A stretch of DNA of 64,000 bases from contig CAWGMK010000006.1 of the NCBI GenBank assembly GCA_963823655.1, positions 96,001-160,000 on the forward strand, written 5' to 3'. Each line of letters opens with the position of its first letter. Positions within the stretch are counted from its first letter, which is position 1. The DNA is from an uncultured Bacillota bacterium. GTDB lineage: Bacteria > Bacillota > DTU025 > MWDF01. Position numbers and translations under genes: made by a program. This document shows, piece after piece, positions 1 to 10,496 of the stretch. The notes below the pieces were generated by a model. That model did not search any database. It was not told the DNA's origin and saw only the letters and a list, made by a program, of their open reading frames with translations.

Positions 1-1118
1 CCTAATCGCTTTTGCGGCGCCTCTTGCAAATGTTGCCTTAAAGTTCTGGGCGGCCGAGTATTTCTCGCTTGCCGTGCTGGGATTATCAGCCACAGCAAGC
101 CTTGGGGGGAGCAATTGGCTTAAGGTCCTGGTATCTACAGTGCTTGGGCTGATTATATGTACGGTCGGAATGGACCCAATACTAGGCGTCAAACGCTTCA
201 ACTTCGGCTATGTGCCACTTTATGACGGATTCACTTTCATCCCAGCACTTATCGGCCTTTTAGCCATAAGTGAGGTTTTCAGCGAAATCGAGAAGTTCGA
301 GTTCGTTACCTTGAACGTACAGGCGGCCCTTAAGACCAAATGGCCCTCTGTAAGGGATTATTGGAAATTGAAGTGGGCAATACTCCGTGCTTCAATAATT
401 GGCACAATAGTCGGAATCTTCCCCGGAGCCGGAGCTACCATAGCCACTTTCATCGCATATGACGTAGAGAAGCGCTTCAGCAAGACGCCAGAGAAATTCG
501 GAACCGGTATGCCCGAGGGCGTCTGCGCTGCCGAGGCATCTAACAGCGCATCCGTCGGAGGCGCACTAGTCCCGCTGCTTACCCTTGGCATTCCAGGCAG
601 CGCAACTGCAGCTGTGCTCATAGGGGCGCTTATGATACACGACCTGCAACCCGGGCCAGAGCTTTTCACTAAGCATCCCGACATTGTATATAATCTTTTC
701 AGCTCAATGTTTGTCGCAAATTTCATAATGCTGATCATCGGCCTTGTTGGAAGCAGGCTCTGGGTTAATGTAACTAGGGTTAGGAAAGAGGTCCTCTTCC
801 CGTTCATCTTCAGTTTCGCCCTAATTGGCAGCTATGCGGTAAGATCATCCATGGTAGATGTAGGTATATGCATCGGTTTTGGCACATTGGGTTGGATACT
901 TGAGGAAATTCAAGTTCCCTCTTCCGCCTATGGTATTGGGCATGGTGCTCGGCACGATGGCCGAAGTGAATCTGCGAAGGGCGATAATGATAGGCGGCAC
1001 TTGGGCCGTTTTCCAGCGCCCTATTAGCCTGACTCTTCTTATACTCTCCGGGCTTTCATTCGGTGTGCCGATATACAATGAAATGAAGAAAAGAAGGAAG
1101 GCAAAGTCGCAGGTTTAA
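1..1118 (+). CDS. tctA: Tripartite tricarboxylate transporter large permease TctA family (5' truncated by window; apparent frameshift ~900)
   Basis: Open from window start. Motifs GIFPGAGATIA, PEGVCAAEASNSA, PLLTLGIPGSATAAVL and PGPELF. C-terminus (LPPMVLGMVLG..E.NLRRA) continues in ORF 879..1118. Confidence 0.9.
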
Positions 1119-1151
1119 GGCCTGTTTTTACAAGGTTTGCCTAAAATTTGC

Positions 1152-1191
1152 GGCAGGAAGGGTGGTAAAAGCCCCTTCCTGCCTGTTTTTT
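1152..1191 (+). terminator. Intrinsic terminator
   Basis: ggcaggaagg...ccttcctgcc stem followed by tgtttttt. Confidence 0.8.
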
Positions 1192-1278
1192 CCCGGTTTA
1201 GTATCTTCAAAGGAAATCGGAGGCCAACGGCGAAAACTAGTAATAGACCAATGACCGATTTTTAAGGAGGTCCTGTAA

Positions 1279-1569
1279 ATGGCGGATAAGGAGACTTCGA
1301 ACGCTGATGCCGGCGTTAAATATTTGGTACTGGGTATTGGCATAGGTGCGCTAGTAGGATTGGCGGCAGGTTTGCTTCTTGCACCCAAACCCGGCGAGGA
1401 GACCAGAGCTGAACTGGCTGAGGCTGTTAAGAAAGCATCAGAAAAGGCCAAGGCGAAGCTTGCGGAAGTAAAACTTAAAGTCGAAGAAACCGTTGAGAAA
1501 CACTGCAATGACACGAAGGGCGAAAATGAAGAGGGCCAGGCTGGGGCCGCCACGCCTGCAAAGGAGTAG
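1279..1569 (+). CDS. YtxH domain-containing protein
   Basis: AAGGAGG RBS; G-rich TM segment GIGIGALVGLAAGLLLAPKPGEETR followed by a helical tail. Confidence 0.85.
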   Translation: MADKETSNADAGVKYLVLGIGIGALVGLAAGLLLAPKPGEETRAELAEAVKKASEKAKAKLAEVKLKVEETVEKHCNDTKGENEEGQAGAATPAKE

Positions 1570-1572
1570 GGA

Positions 1573-1977
1573 ATGTATATAACGGCTGAAAACATAAAAG
1601 ACTTCCTTATCACAGGATCGGTTGTAGTTGTCGCAGCTTTCCTGGCAGTTGCCCTCTACCACTTGATTATGCTCCTGAAGAGGCTAAACGGCGTAATCGT
1701 TGCAAATGAGAAGAACATCGAAGAGTCTTTGTCGAAGCTGCCTGATGCGATTGGCAATGTCAGTAGCGCTGTCGCCGACGTCAAGGTTATAACCCAGAAG
1801 GCCGGTGTCGTCGTAGGAATGGTAGAAAACGGCGTGAGCGGTGTTGTGGCAAGCGCGAAAGGTACAACCAGCAGCGTACTCGAGATTGCCAGGACTTTGG
1901 GAGATGTCGTAGGCGGCATTTCCGGCTTCTTCAACCGCAGGAAGAAGGAGCCCGGCAAAGATGAATCCGAGGGCTGA
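1573..1977 (+). CDS. DUF948/YtxG-like membrane-anchored protein
   Basis: N-terminal TM plus amphipathic helical region; coupled to ytxH as is usual for this pair. Confidence 0.6.
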   Translation: MYITAENIKDFLITGSVVVVAAFLAVALYHLIMLLKRLNGVIVANEKNIEESLSKLPDAIGNVSSAVADVKVITQKAGVVVGMVENGVSGVVASAKGTTSSVLEIARTLGDVVGGISGFFNRRKKEPGKDESEG

Positions 1978-2053
1978 GTGAAGGTTAGCAGGGTTGTTTA
2001 GAGTTGATAACCTGTAAATACCCTGTTATATTGATTTTACCTTTGAAGGATTT

Positions 2054-2148
2054 GGGGGTGGATGGGTCCCGGTGGGTCCCACGGTCTTCAAAACCGATGG
2101 CGGGCACCTGGTGTCCGCGGTGGGTTCGATTCCCACACATCCCCGCCA
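2054..2148 (+). tRNA. selC: tRNA-Sec (anticodon TCA)
   Basis: GGGGGTGG/ACATCCCC extended acceptor stem with G-CCA end; anticodon arm cggt-cTTCAaa-accg (TCA 2088-2090); long variable arm; T arm gtggg-TTCGATT-cccac; selD/A/B nearby. Confidence 0.95.
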
Positions 2149-2151
2149 AAT

Positions 2152-2190
2152 AAAAGACCGGAGCATTTCAATTTGCTCCGGTCTCTTTTC
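2152..2190. terminator. Bidirectional intrinsic terminator
   Basis: aaaagaccggagca...tgctccggtctctttt between convergent selC and GDSL gene. Confidence 0.8.
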
Positions 2191-2939
2191 TATGCGATCA
2201 TCATTCCCAGGGCGCTGATCTTTTTCGGCGTGAAGTAGCCGCATATAGCCTCTTTCATGATGGCATGACCCTCAGAATTGGGATGGATGCCGTCCTTGCA
2301 GATGAGATCCTGGTAATCCTTCCTATCCAGGAACCCCTCCCTGAGCCTGATCAGGCCTAAACCCTTCTCAGACGATATCCTTGCCAGCTCGAGATTATAT
2401 AGCTCCTGCCAGCGATATATCCGTCCGACATCTCCCAGGTAGCGGAGCACGTTCATCTTCGAAGCCGCGTCCTTGGCCACCCAGTCCAGGAACTTAAAAG
2501 GGTCAAGGGGAGGAAGGGAGGCAAGTATAGGCTTGATACCCTTCTGCAAGGCAAGGCTAATAATAGATTCCACGGCGGCCCTGAATGCCGGTATGGAAAC
2601 CTTGGGGAAGTGTTTGCCTTCAGGATCTTCGGCAACTTCGGCCCAATCCATGTCACAGTCATTGCCGCCTAGCTCTATCAAAACGGCTGAAGCTTGGAGC
2701 CCGCCGTCTAAGGCACTACGAAAGCGCTCCTCGGCCTGGACAGAGGTCTGTCCCATTTTGGCGAGGTTTGACACGCGCATCCCAAGACCCCTGGTAAATG
2801 CTGTGAGTGCGCCATCTCTAAGTATCGAATACTTGTCCTTCTGCTCGTCGAAGACGACGCCAAGCAATACTGAATCGCCCAGTATGCAGATATCGTTTGC
2901 AGCTGCCATTCCTGACACCTCGAATTTCTGGTACAACAC
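2190..2939 (-). CDS. SGNH/GDSL hydrolase family protein
   Basis: Blocks LGDSV, ELGGNDC and DGIHPN. True start may be at MAAAND. Confidence 0.9.
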   Translation of the reverse strand: MLYQKFEVSGMAAANDICILGDSVLLGVVFDEQKDKYSILRDGALTAFTRGLGMRVSNLAKMGQTSVQAEERFRSALDGGLQASAVLIELGGNDCDMDWAEVAEDPEGKHFPKVSIPAFRAAVESIISLALQKGIKPILASLPPLDPFKFLDWVAKDAASKMNVLRYLGDVGRIYRWQELYNLELARISSEKGLGLIRLREGFLDRKDYQDLICKDGIHPNSEGHAIMKEAICGYFTPKKISALGMMIA

Positions 2940-3050
2940 ATAGTTATTGATACTAGATTAAACGATAATTGATAATGCGTCAAGTGCTGCAGGCCCGTAT
3001 GGCGGTCTTGGCGAACTAATGTTACATTGTTCATATAGACTGCATTAGGA

Positions 3051-3638
3051 GTGATGGGCATGCAGGAGATCTGTAAGAAGGTCAAGGCCTGGACGGAGAA
3101 TATGGCATCCTCAAGGCTTACAGAATGGGACCAGCTACCGGACATTGAGCTTTACATGGACCAGGTGCTTACAATATTGGAAAGACAGGCCGCTTCCTAC
3201 TGGCAGGCGGACGACATAAAAGCCATCACGCCCTCAATGATCAACAATTACGTCAAGGACGGGACTATAAAAAGGCCCGCAAATAAAAGGTACAACAAAG
3301 AGCACATAGCTAATCTAATCATGCTCAACTCGGCAAAGCAGGTCCTGCCCATCTCCGACATATCGTTGCTGCTTAACAAGGCGGATTCGGAAATTTCCAC
3401 TGCCGAGAAGTATGAGTTCTTCACGGTTCTTCAAAGGCAGGCATGTGAATCCCTTTCAGCCAAGATGCAGGAGGCGCTCGACAATGTGGGCGATCAGTGC
3501 GACAGGAAGCAGCTCTTCATCCTTGCGACAAGGATGGTGCTTGAGGCCAATGTCATGGTCTCCGCATCGAAGATGCTAATAAGGGAAGTTCTTGGGGACT
3601 TAGACAAAAAGCCGGATGGAAAGAGGAAAAAAGATTAG
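3051..3638 (+). CDS. DUF1836 domain protein (putative regulator)
   Basis: LPDIELYMDQV and ITPSMINNYVK..P..KRY..EH motifs. Confidence 0.85.
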   Translation: MMGMQEICKKVKAWTENMASSRLTEWDQLPDIELYMDQVLTILERQAASYWQADDIKAITPSMINNYVKDGTIKRPANKRYNKEHIANLIMLNSAKQVLPISDISLLLNKADSEISTAEKYEFFTVLQRQACESLSAKMQEALDNVGDQCDRKQLFILATRMVLEANVMVSASKMLIREVLGDLDKKPDGKRKKD

Positions 3639-3682
3639 GCTCCGGTGTTCAAAACGGCTAGCAGCGGAATGGAGGTGCGCCA

Positions 3683-4744
3683 ATGGACAAAAAGGGCGGC
3701 ATAAGGCTTACTGCGATATCATCTAAGGCTGGTTGAGCTGCCAAGATGGGTCCGGCGGACCTTCGAGCGATAATGAGCAAAATACCTCCTCAGCGCTCTG
3801 AAAATCTACTTGTGGGCACCGAGGATTACGATGATGCCGCAGTGTATGCCCTTGAGGGCGACAAGGCACTGGTCCAGACCGTGGACTTCTTCACCCCTAT
3901 AGTCGACGACCCATACGATTTCGGCGCAATAGCCGCTGCAAACGCGCTGTCCGACATATACGCCATGGGAGCAAAACCGATAATCGCCCTTAACATTGCA
4001 TGTTTCCCCAGGTCACTAGGCGCGGACCTGCTGGGTGAGGTAGTAAGGGGAGGGGCAGCCAAAGTCAATGAAGCAGGCGCCGTAGTGGCGGGCGGACATA
4101 CCGTAGAGGATGACGATCTGAAATTCGGCCTTTCGGTTACAGGCATAGTTGATAAGGACAAGATAGCCAAGAACACAAACGGCATTGCGGGAGATATGCT
4201 CTACTTGACGAAGGCCATCGGCACAGGCGTCATTTCGACTGCTGTAAAGAACGGTGAGTGCCCCGAAGAATCAAGGGAGGCTGCCAGGCTCTCCATGCTG
4301 GCGCTGAACGATAAGGCATCCGAAGCCATGCTGGCCGCGGGATCAAACGCCTGCACCGACGTAACCGGATTCGGCCTCCTGGGCCACCTGTTCGAGCTGG
4401 CATCGGGCTCAGGAGTGACTGCCCAACTTTGGGCAGATTCAATACCCCTTCTGCCAGGTGCCCTAAAGCTGTCGGAAGAGGGCTTCCTGCCGGGAGGGGC
4501 CGCCAGGAACAGGTCGTTCCTGCAAAACAACATTATCTCGGAGCCGGGTATCCCCACAAGCCTTTTAGACCTGTTCTTCGATCCTCAGACTTCAGGCGGC
4601 CTTCTAATAGCAATAGCTGCCGAGAAGTCCGTGCGGCTTGAAGAGGAGCTCAAAAAGCTGGGATGCATGTGCAAAGCCGTAGGAAGGCTGCTGCCGTTTG
4701 ATGGAACCGCCATTAGGATAATAAGGTCGCGGCCTGATCGTTGA
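3683..4744 (+). CDS. selD: Selenide, water dikinase SelD, selenoprotein (UGA=Sec at 3734-3736)
   Basis: GGAGG RBS, ATG 3683, reading MDKKGGIRLTAISSKAG-U-AAKMGP in frame with the 3746 ORF; DDAAV, QTVDFFTP, ANALSDIYAMG, TDVTGFGLLGH and DPQTSGGLL motifs. Confidence 0.95.
3737..3765 (+). promoter_or_regulatory. Bacterial SECIS element of selD
   Basis: Hairpin GGTCC-GGC-GGACC (3749-3761) starts 12 nt after the UGA and has a G-containing loop. Confidence 0.7.
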
Positions 4745-4794
4745 GGCGGATGTCCTCTCGCGATAACCTGCAAGGCCGCACCGCAGGAGGAAGC

Positions 4795-6222
4795 ATGTCC
4801 CAGGACACAGACCAAAAGAATGATTTTCGGGCCTTGCCTTCGGTAGGCTCGATTTTAGAATCTGATGAAGGCGCTTTGCTCTCGTCAGAATATGGGGGAA
4901 AGTCTGCAGCTGGCGCCATCAAAAGCGCCATCGCTTCCATCCGCGATTCCGGAAAACTCAGCGGGGATAAAGCCGCCAATATGGAAGCTGCCCTCAAAAT
5001 TGCGGCAGACAGGCTCGCCGATAGGAAAGAGGGCCTAGTAAGCCTGATAAACGCGACCGGCATAGTGCTTCACACCAACTTGGGCCGCGCACCCCTTTCA
5101 AAAAGGGCAATTACAGCCGCGGTCCATGCCGCCACCGGCTATACGAATCTGGAATACGACCTTAAGAAGGGCGAAAGAGGCTCAAGGCAAGCTCATGTCG
5201 AAGGGCTGATTTCGAAGCTGGTAGGCTCCGAGGCTGCGATAGCTGTGAACAACAACGCCGCCGCCGTCTTGCTTTGCCTTGATGCCCTGGCAAAAGGCGG
5301 AAAAGTGGCGGTATCTAGAGGCGAGCTTGTGGAAATCGGGGGCTCGTTCAGGGTGCCCGAGATAATGGCATCGACAGGCGCTGTGTTGATGGAAGTGGGG
5401 ACTACCAACAGGACAAGGGCGTCCGACTTCGAAAGGGCCGCAGCGGAAGGGGCGGTTGCCATCCTCAAAGTACACCCTTCGAACTTCAAGATCACCGGCT
5501 TTGTATCGGAAGTTGGCGTCGCCGAGCTATCGGCAATCGCGAAAAAGCATTCGATACCGCTTATATACGATATCGGATCCGGCAGCGTGGTAGGCCTTGA
5601 GGCTTTAGGCGTGCCGCATGAGCCCATGCCTCAGGAGGCGATAAGAGACGGCGCGGACCTTGTTAGCTTCTCCGCCGATAAGCTTCTGGGCGGGCCACAA
5701 TGTGGGATAATCGCAGGCAGGGCTGACTTGGTGGCGAAAGTATCGAAATCGCCTCTTGCGAGAGCCTTCAGGGTGGACAAGATGCGCCTGGCCGCGCTGG
5801 CCGCGACGCTCAACCAATACCTTTCCCCGCAGGACTGGCGCGATGTGCCCGTCATGGCCATGCTGCATGAGACATATGAGCACCTGCTCGAGAGGGCTGC
5901 AGTGCTCGCCTCAACGATGAAAAGGGCATGCGAGGGGCATTCTTGCCTTGACGGCATCAATACTGAAATCGTCGATACCGAGGATGAGGTGGGCGGTGGC
6001 TCCATACCGGGGGCAAGCCTCAAAGGCGCCGGCGTGAATGTAAGCATGGAGGGTATAAAACCTGCCGACATTTCGGCCAGGCTTCGTGAAGGCTCCATGC
6101 CGGTCGTGGCCCTGGAAAGAGGCTCAGGGGTGCTTTTCGCCGTCCGCACAGTGGCCGATGAGCAGATAGGCGCCCTGGTTTCTGCAATAGTCGAATCCTT
6201 CCTTGCAGCTGTAAAGCGATGA
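4795..6222 (+). CDS. selA: L-seryl-tRNA(Sec) selenium transferase
   Basis: INATGIVLHTNLGRAPL, VNNNAAA, SRGELVEIGGSFR and FSADKLLGGPQ; AGGAGG RBS before ATG 4795. Confidence 0.95.
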   Translation: MSQDTDQKNDFRALPSVGSILESDEGALLSSEYGGKSAAGAIKSAIASIRDSGKLSGDKAANMEAALKIAADRLADRKEGLVSLINATGIVLHTNLGRAPLSKRAITAAVHAATGYTNLEYDLKKGERGSRQAHVEGLISKLVGSEAAIAVNNNAAAVLLCLDALAKGGKVAVSRGELVEIGGSFRVPEIMASTGAVLMEVGTTNRTRASDFERAAAEGAVAILKVHPSNFKITGFVSEVGVAELSAIAKKHSIPLIYDIGSGSVVGLEALGVPHEPMPQEAIRDGADLVSFSADKLLGGPQCGIIAGRADLVAKVSKSPLARAFRVDKMRLAALAATLNQYLSPQDWRDVPVMAMLHETYEHLLERAAVLASTMKRACEGHSCLDGINTEIVDTEDEVGGGSIPGASLKGAGVNVSMEGIKPADISARLREGSMPVVALERGSGVLFAVRTVADEQIGALVSAIVESFLAAVKR

Positions 6223-8140
6223 AGCATCTGATTCTAGGCACAGCCGGCCACGTGGACCACGGCAAGACGACGCTGGTCAAAGCGCTCACAGGCGTGGACA
6301 CCGACCGGCTTCCCGAAGAGAAGGCCAGGGGGATGACCATAGAGCTGGGCTTCACCCACCTTGAGCTGCCTTCGGGCATCACGCTGGGCCTTGTGGACAT
6401 GCCAGGGCACGAGAAGTTCATAAAGCATATGGCGGCGGGCGCCGGCGGCGTTGACATTGCTCTGCTCGTGGTTGCCGCCGATGAGGGAATAATGCGGCAG
6501 ACCCAGGAGCATCTGGAGATATTGGAGCTGCTGGGCATAGACAAGGCAGTAGTGGCTATAACCAAATCGGACCTCGCAGACGCCGAATGGCTTGACATGG
6601 TGCAAGAGGAGATCGCCTCAAGGCTTGCCGGCACACGGCTTGCGGGCTCTTCAATAGTCTCGGTCTCCGCGATTACGGGCTCTGGCATCGACGAGCTTGT
6701 TACAGAGCTCGACAAGGCCGCCGCCAACGCAGCCGAAAGGGACAAAGAACCTGCATCCAGGATTTATATAGACAGGGTGTTTACTATGACGGGGCACGGT
6801 ACGGTCATCACCGGCACCCTGCTTGGAGGAGCCATCGAGCAGGAGGACAAGCTCCAGCTTCTGCCATCCGGCTCCATCGTCAGGGTGAAGCATATAGAAG
6901 TGCACGATAAGCCCGCGCTGAAGGCGGAAAGGGGCCAGAGGGCGGCTCTAACGTCTCAGGGGCCAACAAGGATGAGATCGAAAGGGGCATGGCGCTGGCA
7001 AGCCCCGGCTGGCTTGAGTCGACCGGGCTGATAGATGTAGAAGCAGTGCTGGCAGAAGGCGCTGAGCCGGTCCTGCACAACGAAAGGCTTCGCCTGCATA
7101 TAGGCACATCCGAGGTAATATGCAGGGCAAGGGTCCCCAAGGACCAGCCTGAGGGCCGGATGTTCATGCAGCTTGAAACCGAGGAGCCCGTATTCCCTGC
7201 AAGAGGAGACAGATTCATACTTAGGACCTACTCCCCTTCCGTTACCGTCGCCGGAGGCAGGGTGCTTTGCGCCAAGCCCCCAAGGCGGAAAGTGGGCTCC
7301 GAAAAGGAAACGGCATCGCTTGTCAGGCTCGCCTCGAAAGATCGAGATGAGTCCCTCAATGAGCTGATCAGGACGGTTTCGCGGGCCGAATGCGGCTCCG
7401 ATTGCATATGGCCTGTGGAAGAAACGCTGCTAAAAAGAAGCGCCTATATGCTCCCTGAGGATTTCGATGCCGCATTTAAGGCAGGCGGCAATGATGGCGC
7501 GGCAGTAATGCTTGAGCTAGAGGGAAGCACGTACTTCTTGGATCGAGGGTCTTACATCGACGCCCTTTCTGGCTTAAAAAAGATGCTCTCTGATTTCCAC
7601 GCGCAATTTCCTCTGAGAAAGGGCATGCCAAAGGAGGAGATCAGGCAGAAACTGATGCCCAAAGCGGACAAAAAGCAGGCAATGGCCCTATTCGCCAGGA
7701 TATCATCGGCCGGGGAAGTTAGATCGTCCGTCGATCTTCTATGGCTGCCAGGCCACAGCGCAGTACTGACCGAAGAGCAGAGGAAAACGGCGGATGCGAT
7801 GGAGGCTGCCTTCAGAAAGGATCTCTTCACGCCGCCGGATCTTGTGGGTGCGATCTCCGTTGCCGGCAAAGGCGCATCCCAGATAGCGGATTACCTGGTG
7901 GGGGAGGGCGTACTTGTAAAGGTCTCATCGGAGGTGGCATTCCATAAGGACGCGGTGGCCGCGGCCCTAAAAGAGGCTTCGAAATTCGAGGGCCAGTTTA
8001 CGGCAGCGATGTTGAGGGATGCTCTTGGCACCTCGAGGAAATATGCGATTGCGATGCTGGAATGGATGGACTCTCAGGAATATACCCAAAGAAGCGGCGA
8101 CAACAGGACGCTAAGGCCTCAGTACAAGAGCGGAAAATAG
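6219..8140 (+). CDS. selB: Selenocysteine-specific elongation factor SelB (apparent frameshift ~6950)
   Basis: GTAGHVDHGKT, DMPGHEKF and TKSD; C-terminal winged helix RDALGTSRKYAI. Two ORFs join by restoring one A (LNVSGANKDEIERGM). Confidence 0.92.
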
Positions 8141-8221
8141 GGCGAGAAAACCGCATCATGAAGAGGCTTCGTCCTTTACAAAGAGGCTTCTTTTGATGCT
8201 ATAATTTACTTAATGACAATA

Positions 8222-8402
8222 GCATAGCCGAATGGGGTGCCCCAAGGCAGGGGATAATAGGGAAGAGGCATCGGATTAGAAAAGAGATTTCCGAAAAGCC
8301 CGCGGTCCCGCCACTGTAAGCGACACGAAATGCCCGAAGCCACTGGTGAAATACCGGGAAGGCGAGGGTGGAAGCAGTCGCAAGCCAGGAGACCTGCCCC
8401 CT
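8222..8402 (+). ncRNA. Cobalamin (AdoCbl) riboswitch
   Basis: ggtgc..aatagggaa, cccgccactgtaa, gccactgg..ccgggaaggc and B12 box aagccaggagacctgcc; directly upstream of btuFCD; extended -10 TGCTATAAT at 8197-8205. Confidence 0.93.
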
Positions 8403-8461
8403 TCGGGATAGCTGTTCCGCCTTCGTGGAAAAAGGGGGATGCAGGCCTAATCGGTCTATAC

Positions 8462-8498
8462 AACCCGCTTACCATTTCAGGTGAGCGGGTTTCTATAT
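8462..8498 (+). terminator. Riboswitch expression-platform terminator
   Basis: aacccgcttacc-atttca-ggtgagcgggtt then tctatatt, between aptamer and btuF start. Confidence 0.65.
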
Positions 8499-8552
8499 TC
8501 CAGCGGGCCAGATCATCCGATCCGCCGGTGGGGAAATTGGAGGAATCGGAGC

Positions 8553-9437
8553 ATGAGAAGGAAGATCCTAGTTGCATTGGTCCTGGCAGCAGCACTTGTC
8601 TTGGCAGCAGTTCAGGGAATCGCGGCCTCATCGTATCCTATGGAGATAACGGATGCAACCGGCACGAAAGTGGCCTTGAAGGCCGAGCCCATGAGGATTG
8701 TGAGCATCGTTCCCAGCGTTACCGAGATGCTCTATTCAGTGGGACTTGGACCGAAGATGGTGGGCGTGACCGCATGGTGCACCTACCCGGAGGCTGCAAA
8801 GAGCGTAGCCAAAGTAGGCGACGTTAACATCAATATCGAGGCGGTGCTGTCCAAAAAGCCTGATCTGGTCGTAGCTGATCTGAGCATGAGCGGCACGACC
8901 ATAGATAAGCTAAGGGAGCTGGGCCTTACAGTGCTTGCCATAAACGCGAGGAACATGGAAGAGATGCTGGATGCTCTTGTGGTTCTGGGAAGGGCCGGAG
9001 GCCAGGAGGGCGCAGCCGTGTCGCTGGTGGCTAATCTCAATGCAAGGATAGCCAAGGTCAAAGGGGCGCTTGCAGCAGCCAAGGCCAAGCCTTCGGTGTT
9101 CGTCGAAATATGGAACGAGCCGCTGATGACAGCCGGAAGCGGAACATATGTGAATGAGCTAATAGAGCTTGCCGGCGGCGTAAATATTGCGGGCAAAGTA
9201 TCCGGTTGGCCGGTCTTCAGCCATGAGAGCGTAATTTCCAGCGACCCATTCATAATATTGCTGACGAACTTCAATAGGGGCGAAGTAATGGCAAGAAAGG
9301 CCTGGTCAGGGCTTTCGGCTGTGAAGGCGGGCAGGGTTGTCGAGTCCGATCCGGACCTTCTGGTAAGGTGCGGGCCGCGACTTGTGGACGGGCTTGAGAT
9401 GCTGGCCAGGCTCTTGCATCCTGAACTGTTCAAATAG
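8553..9437 (+). CDS. btuF: Cobalamin ABC transporter substrate-binding protein BtuF-like
   Basis: RIVSIVPSVTEML, NIEAVLSKKPDLV and R.GPRLVDGLE; signal peptide without lipobox Cys. Confidence 0.85.
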   Translation: MRRKILVALVLAAALVLAAVQGIAASSYPMEITDATGTKVALKAEPMRIVSIVPSVTEMLYSVGLGPKMVGVTAWCTYPEAAKSVAKVGDVNINIEAVLSKKPDLVVADLSMSGTTIDKLRELGLTVLAINARNMEEMLDALVVLGRAGGQEGAAVSLVANLNARIAKVKGALAAAKAKPSVFVEIWNEPLMTAGSGTYVNELIELAGGVNIAGKVSGWPVFSHESVISSDPFIILLTNFNRGEVMARKAWSGLSAVKAGRVVESDPDLLVRCGPRLVDGLEMLARLLHPELFK

Positions 9438-9446
9438 GAGGGCGCA

Positions 9447-10496
9447 TTGAAAAGGCGGAGGGCGGCCGGTCCCATTATTCTGATGTGCATACTTTCCGCA
9501 GCGGTTATACTGCTGTCGGCCTCTGTCGGCACGGTCAGGGTACCCGTGCCTGAGGCGCTGAAGGCTCTGCTTGGCATATTGCCGGAGGGCTTGAAGTCTT
9601 TATTGGGTATAGGGGAAGCCGATGCGTCCTTCACGATGATCATCCTGCAAGTGAGGATGCCCAGGATAATGCTGGGCTTTGCGGTCGGAGCGGCCCTTGG
9701 AGCGGCAGGAGCCTGTTACCAGGGCCTTCTGGCGAATCCGCTGGCGGACCCATACATCATCGGAGTATCGTCCGGGGCGGCATTTGGAGCTAGCATCGGA
9801 ATAGTAATCACTTCCGGCAGCATGGCGGCTTTTGGTGCTTCCATTCCGCTTTTCGCTTTCCTCGGAGCACTTTCCGCCATGCTCATCGTGATGGCCCTCG
9901 CGCAGGTAAAGGGCAGGATTCCGCCTGAGGGCCTGCTTCTGTCGGGAGTTGTCGTAGGCTCATTCATCTGGGCCATGGTGTCGTTTACGATGCTGGCCGC
10001 AGGAGAGGACCTGCCCAAGGTCATGATGTGGCTTATGGGATCCCTCTCCTCCAGGAATTGGGGCCACTTTCTCATGTCAGCGCCCTATATCTTAGCGGGA
10101 ATTGTGGCGCTCATGTTCATGGCGAGGGGCCTTAATCTCATATCCATGGGAGAGGAGCAGGCGAGGTTCATGGGCTTAGGCGTCGAAGGGTTCAAGAAAC
10201 TTGTAATAATTGCCTGCTCGCTGGTTACTTCCGCTGCTGTCGGGGTATCGGGGATCATAGGCTTCGTCGGCCTTATAGTCCCTCATATGGCAAGGTACGC
10301 GGTAGGCCCGGACCACAGAGTGCTGATCCCCGTTTCTGCTCTTGGCGGCGGCATCCTGCTTGTTGCGGCAGATACTGTGGCAAGGACCGTCATATCGCCG
10401 GCAGAGCTACCCGTAGGCACAGTGACAGCTCTTGTAGGAGCCCCGTTCTTCTTCTACCTTCTCAGGCGCTCGAAGGCAGGAAGGGGGCGTGACTGA
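9447..10496 (+). CDS. btuC: Cobalamin ABC transporter permease BtuC/FecCD family
   Basis: RMPRI, NPLADPYIIGVSSGA, GFVGLIVPH and ELPVG motifs. Confidence 0.88.
   Translation: MKRRRAAGPIILMCILSAAVILLSASVGTVRVPVPEALKALLGILPEGLKSLLGIGEADASFTMIILQVRMPRIMLGFAVGAALGAAGACYQGLLANPLADPYIIGVSSGAAFGASIGIVITSGSMAAFGASIPLFAFLGALSAMLIVMALAQVKGRIPPEGLLLSGVVVGSFIWAMVSFTMLAAGEDLPKVMMWLMGSLSSRNWGHFLMSAPYILAGIVALMFMARGLNLISMGEEQARFMGLGVEGFKKLVIIACSLVTSAAVGVSGIIGFVGLIVPHMARYAVGPDHRVLIPVSALGGGILLVAADTVARTVISPAELPVGTVTALVGAPFFFYLLRRSKAGRGRD

Noticed and set aside
6940-6960. Programmed frameshift in selB
   Set aside because: No slippery heptamer or stimulatory structure; one missing A in a short run fits the window-wide error pattern.
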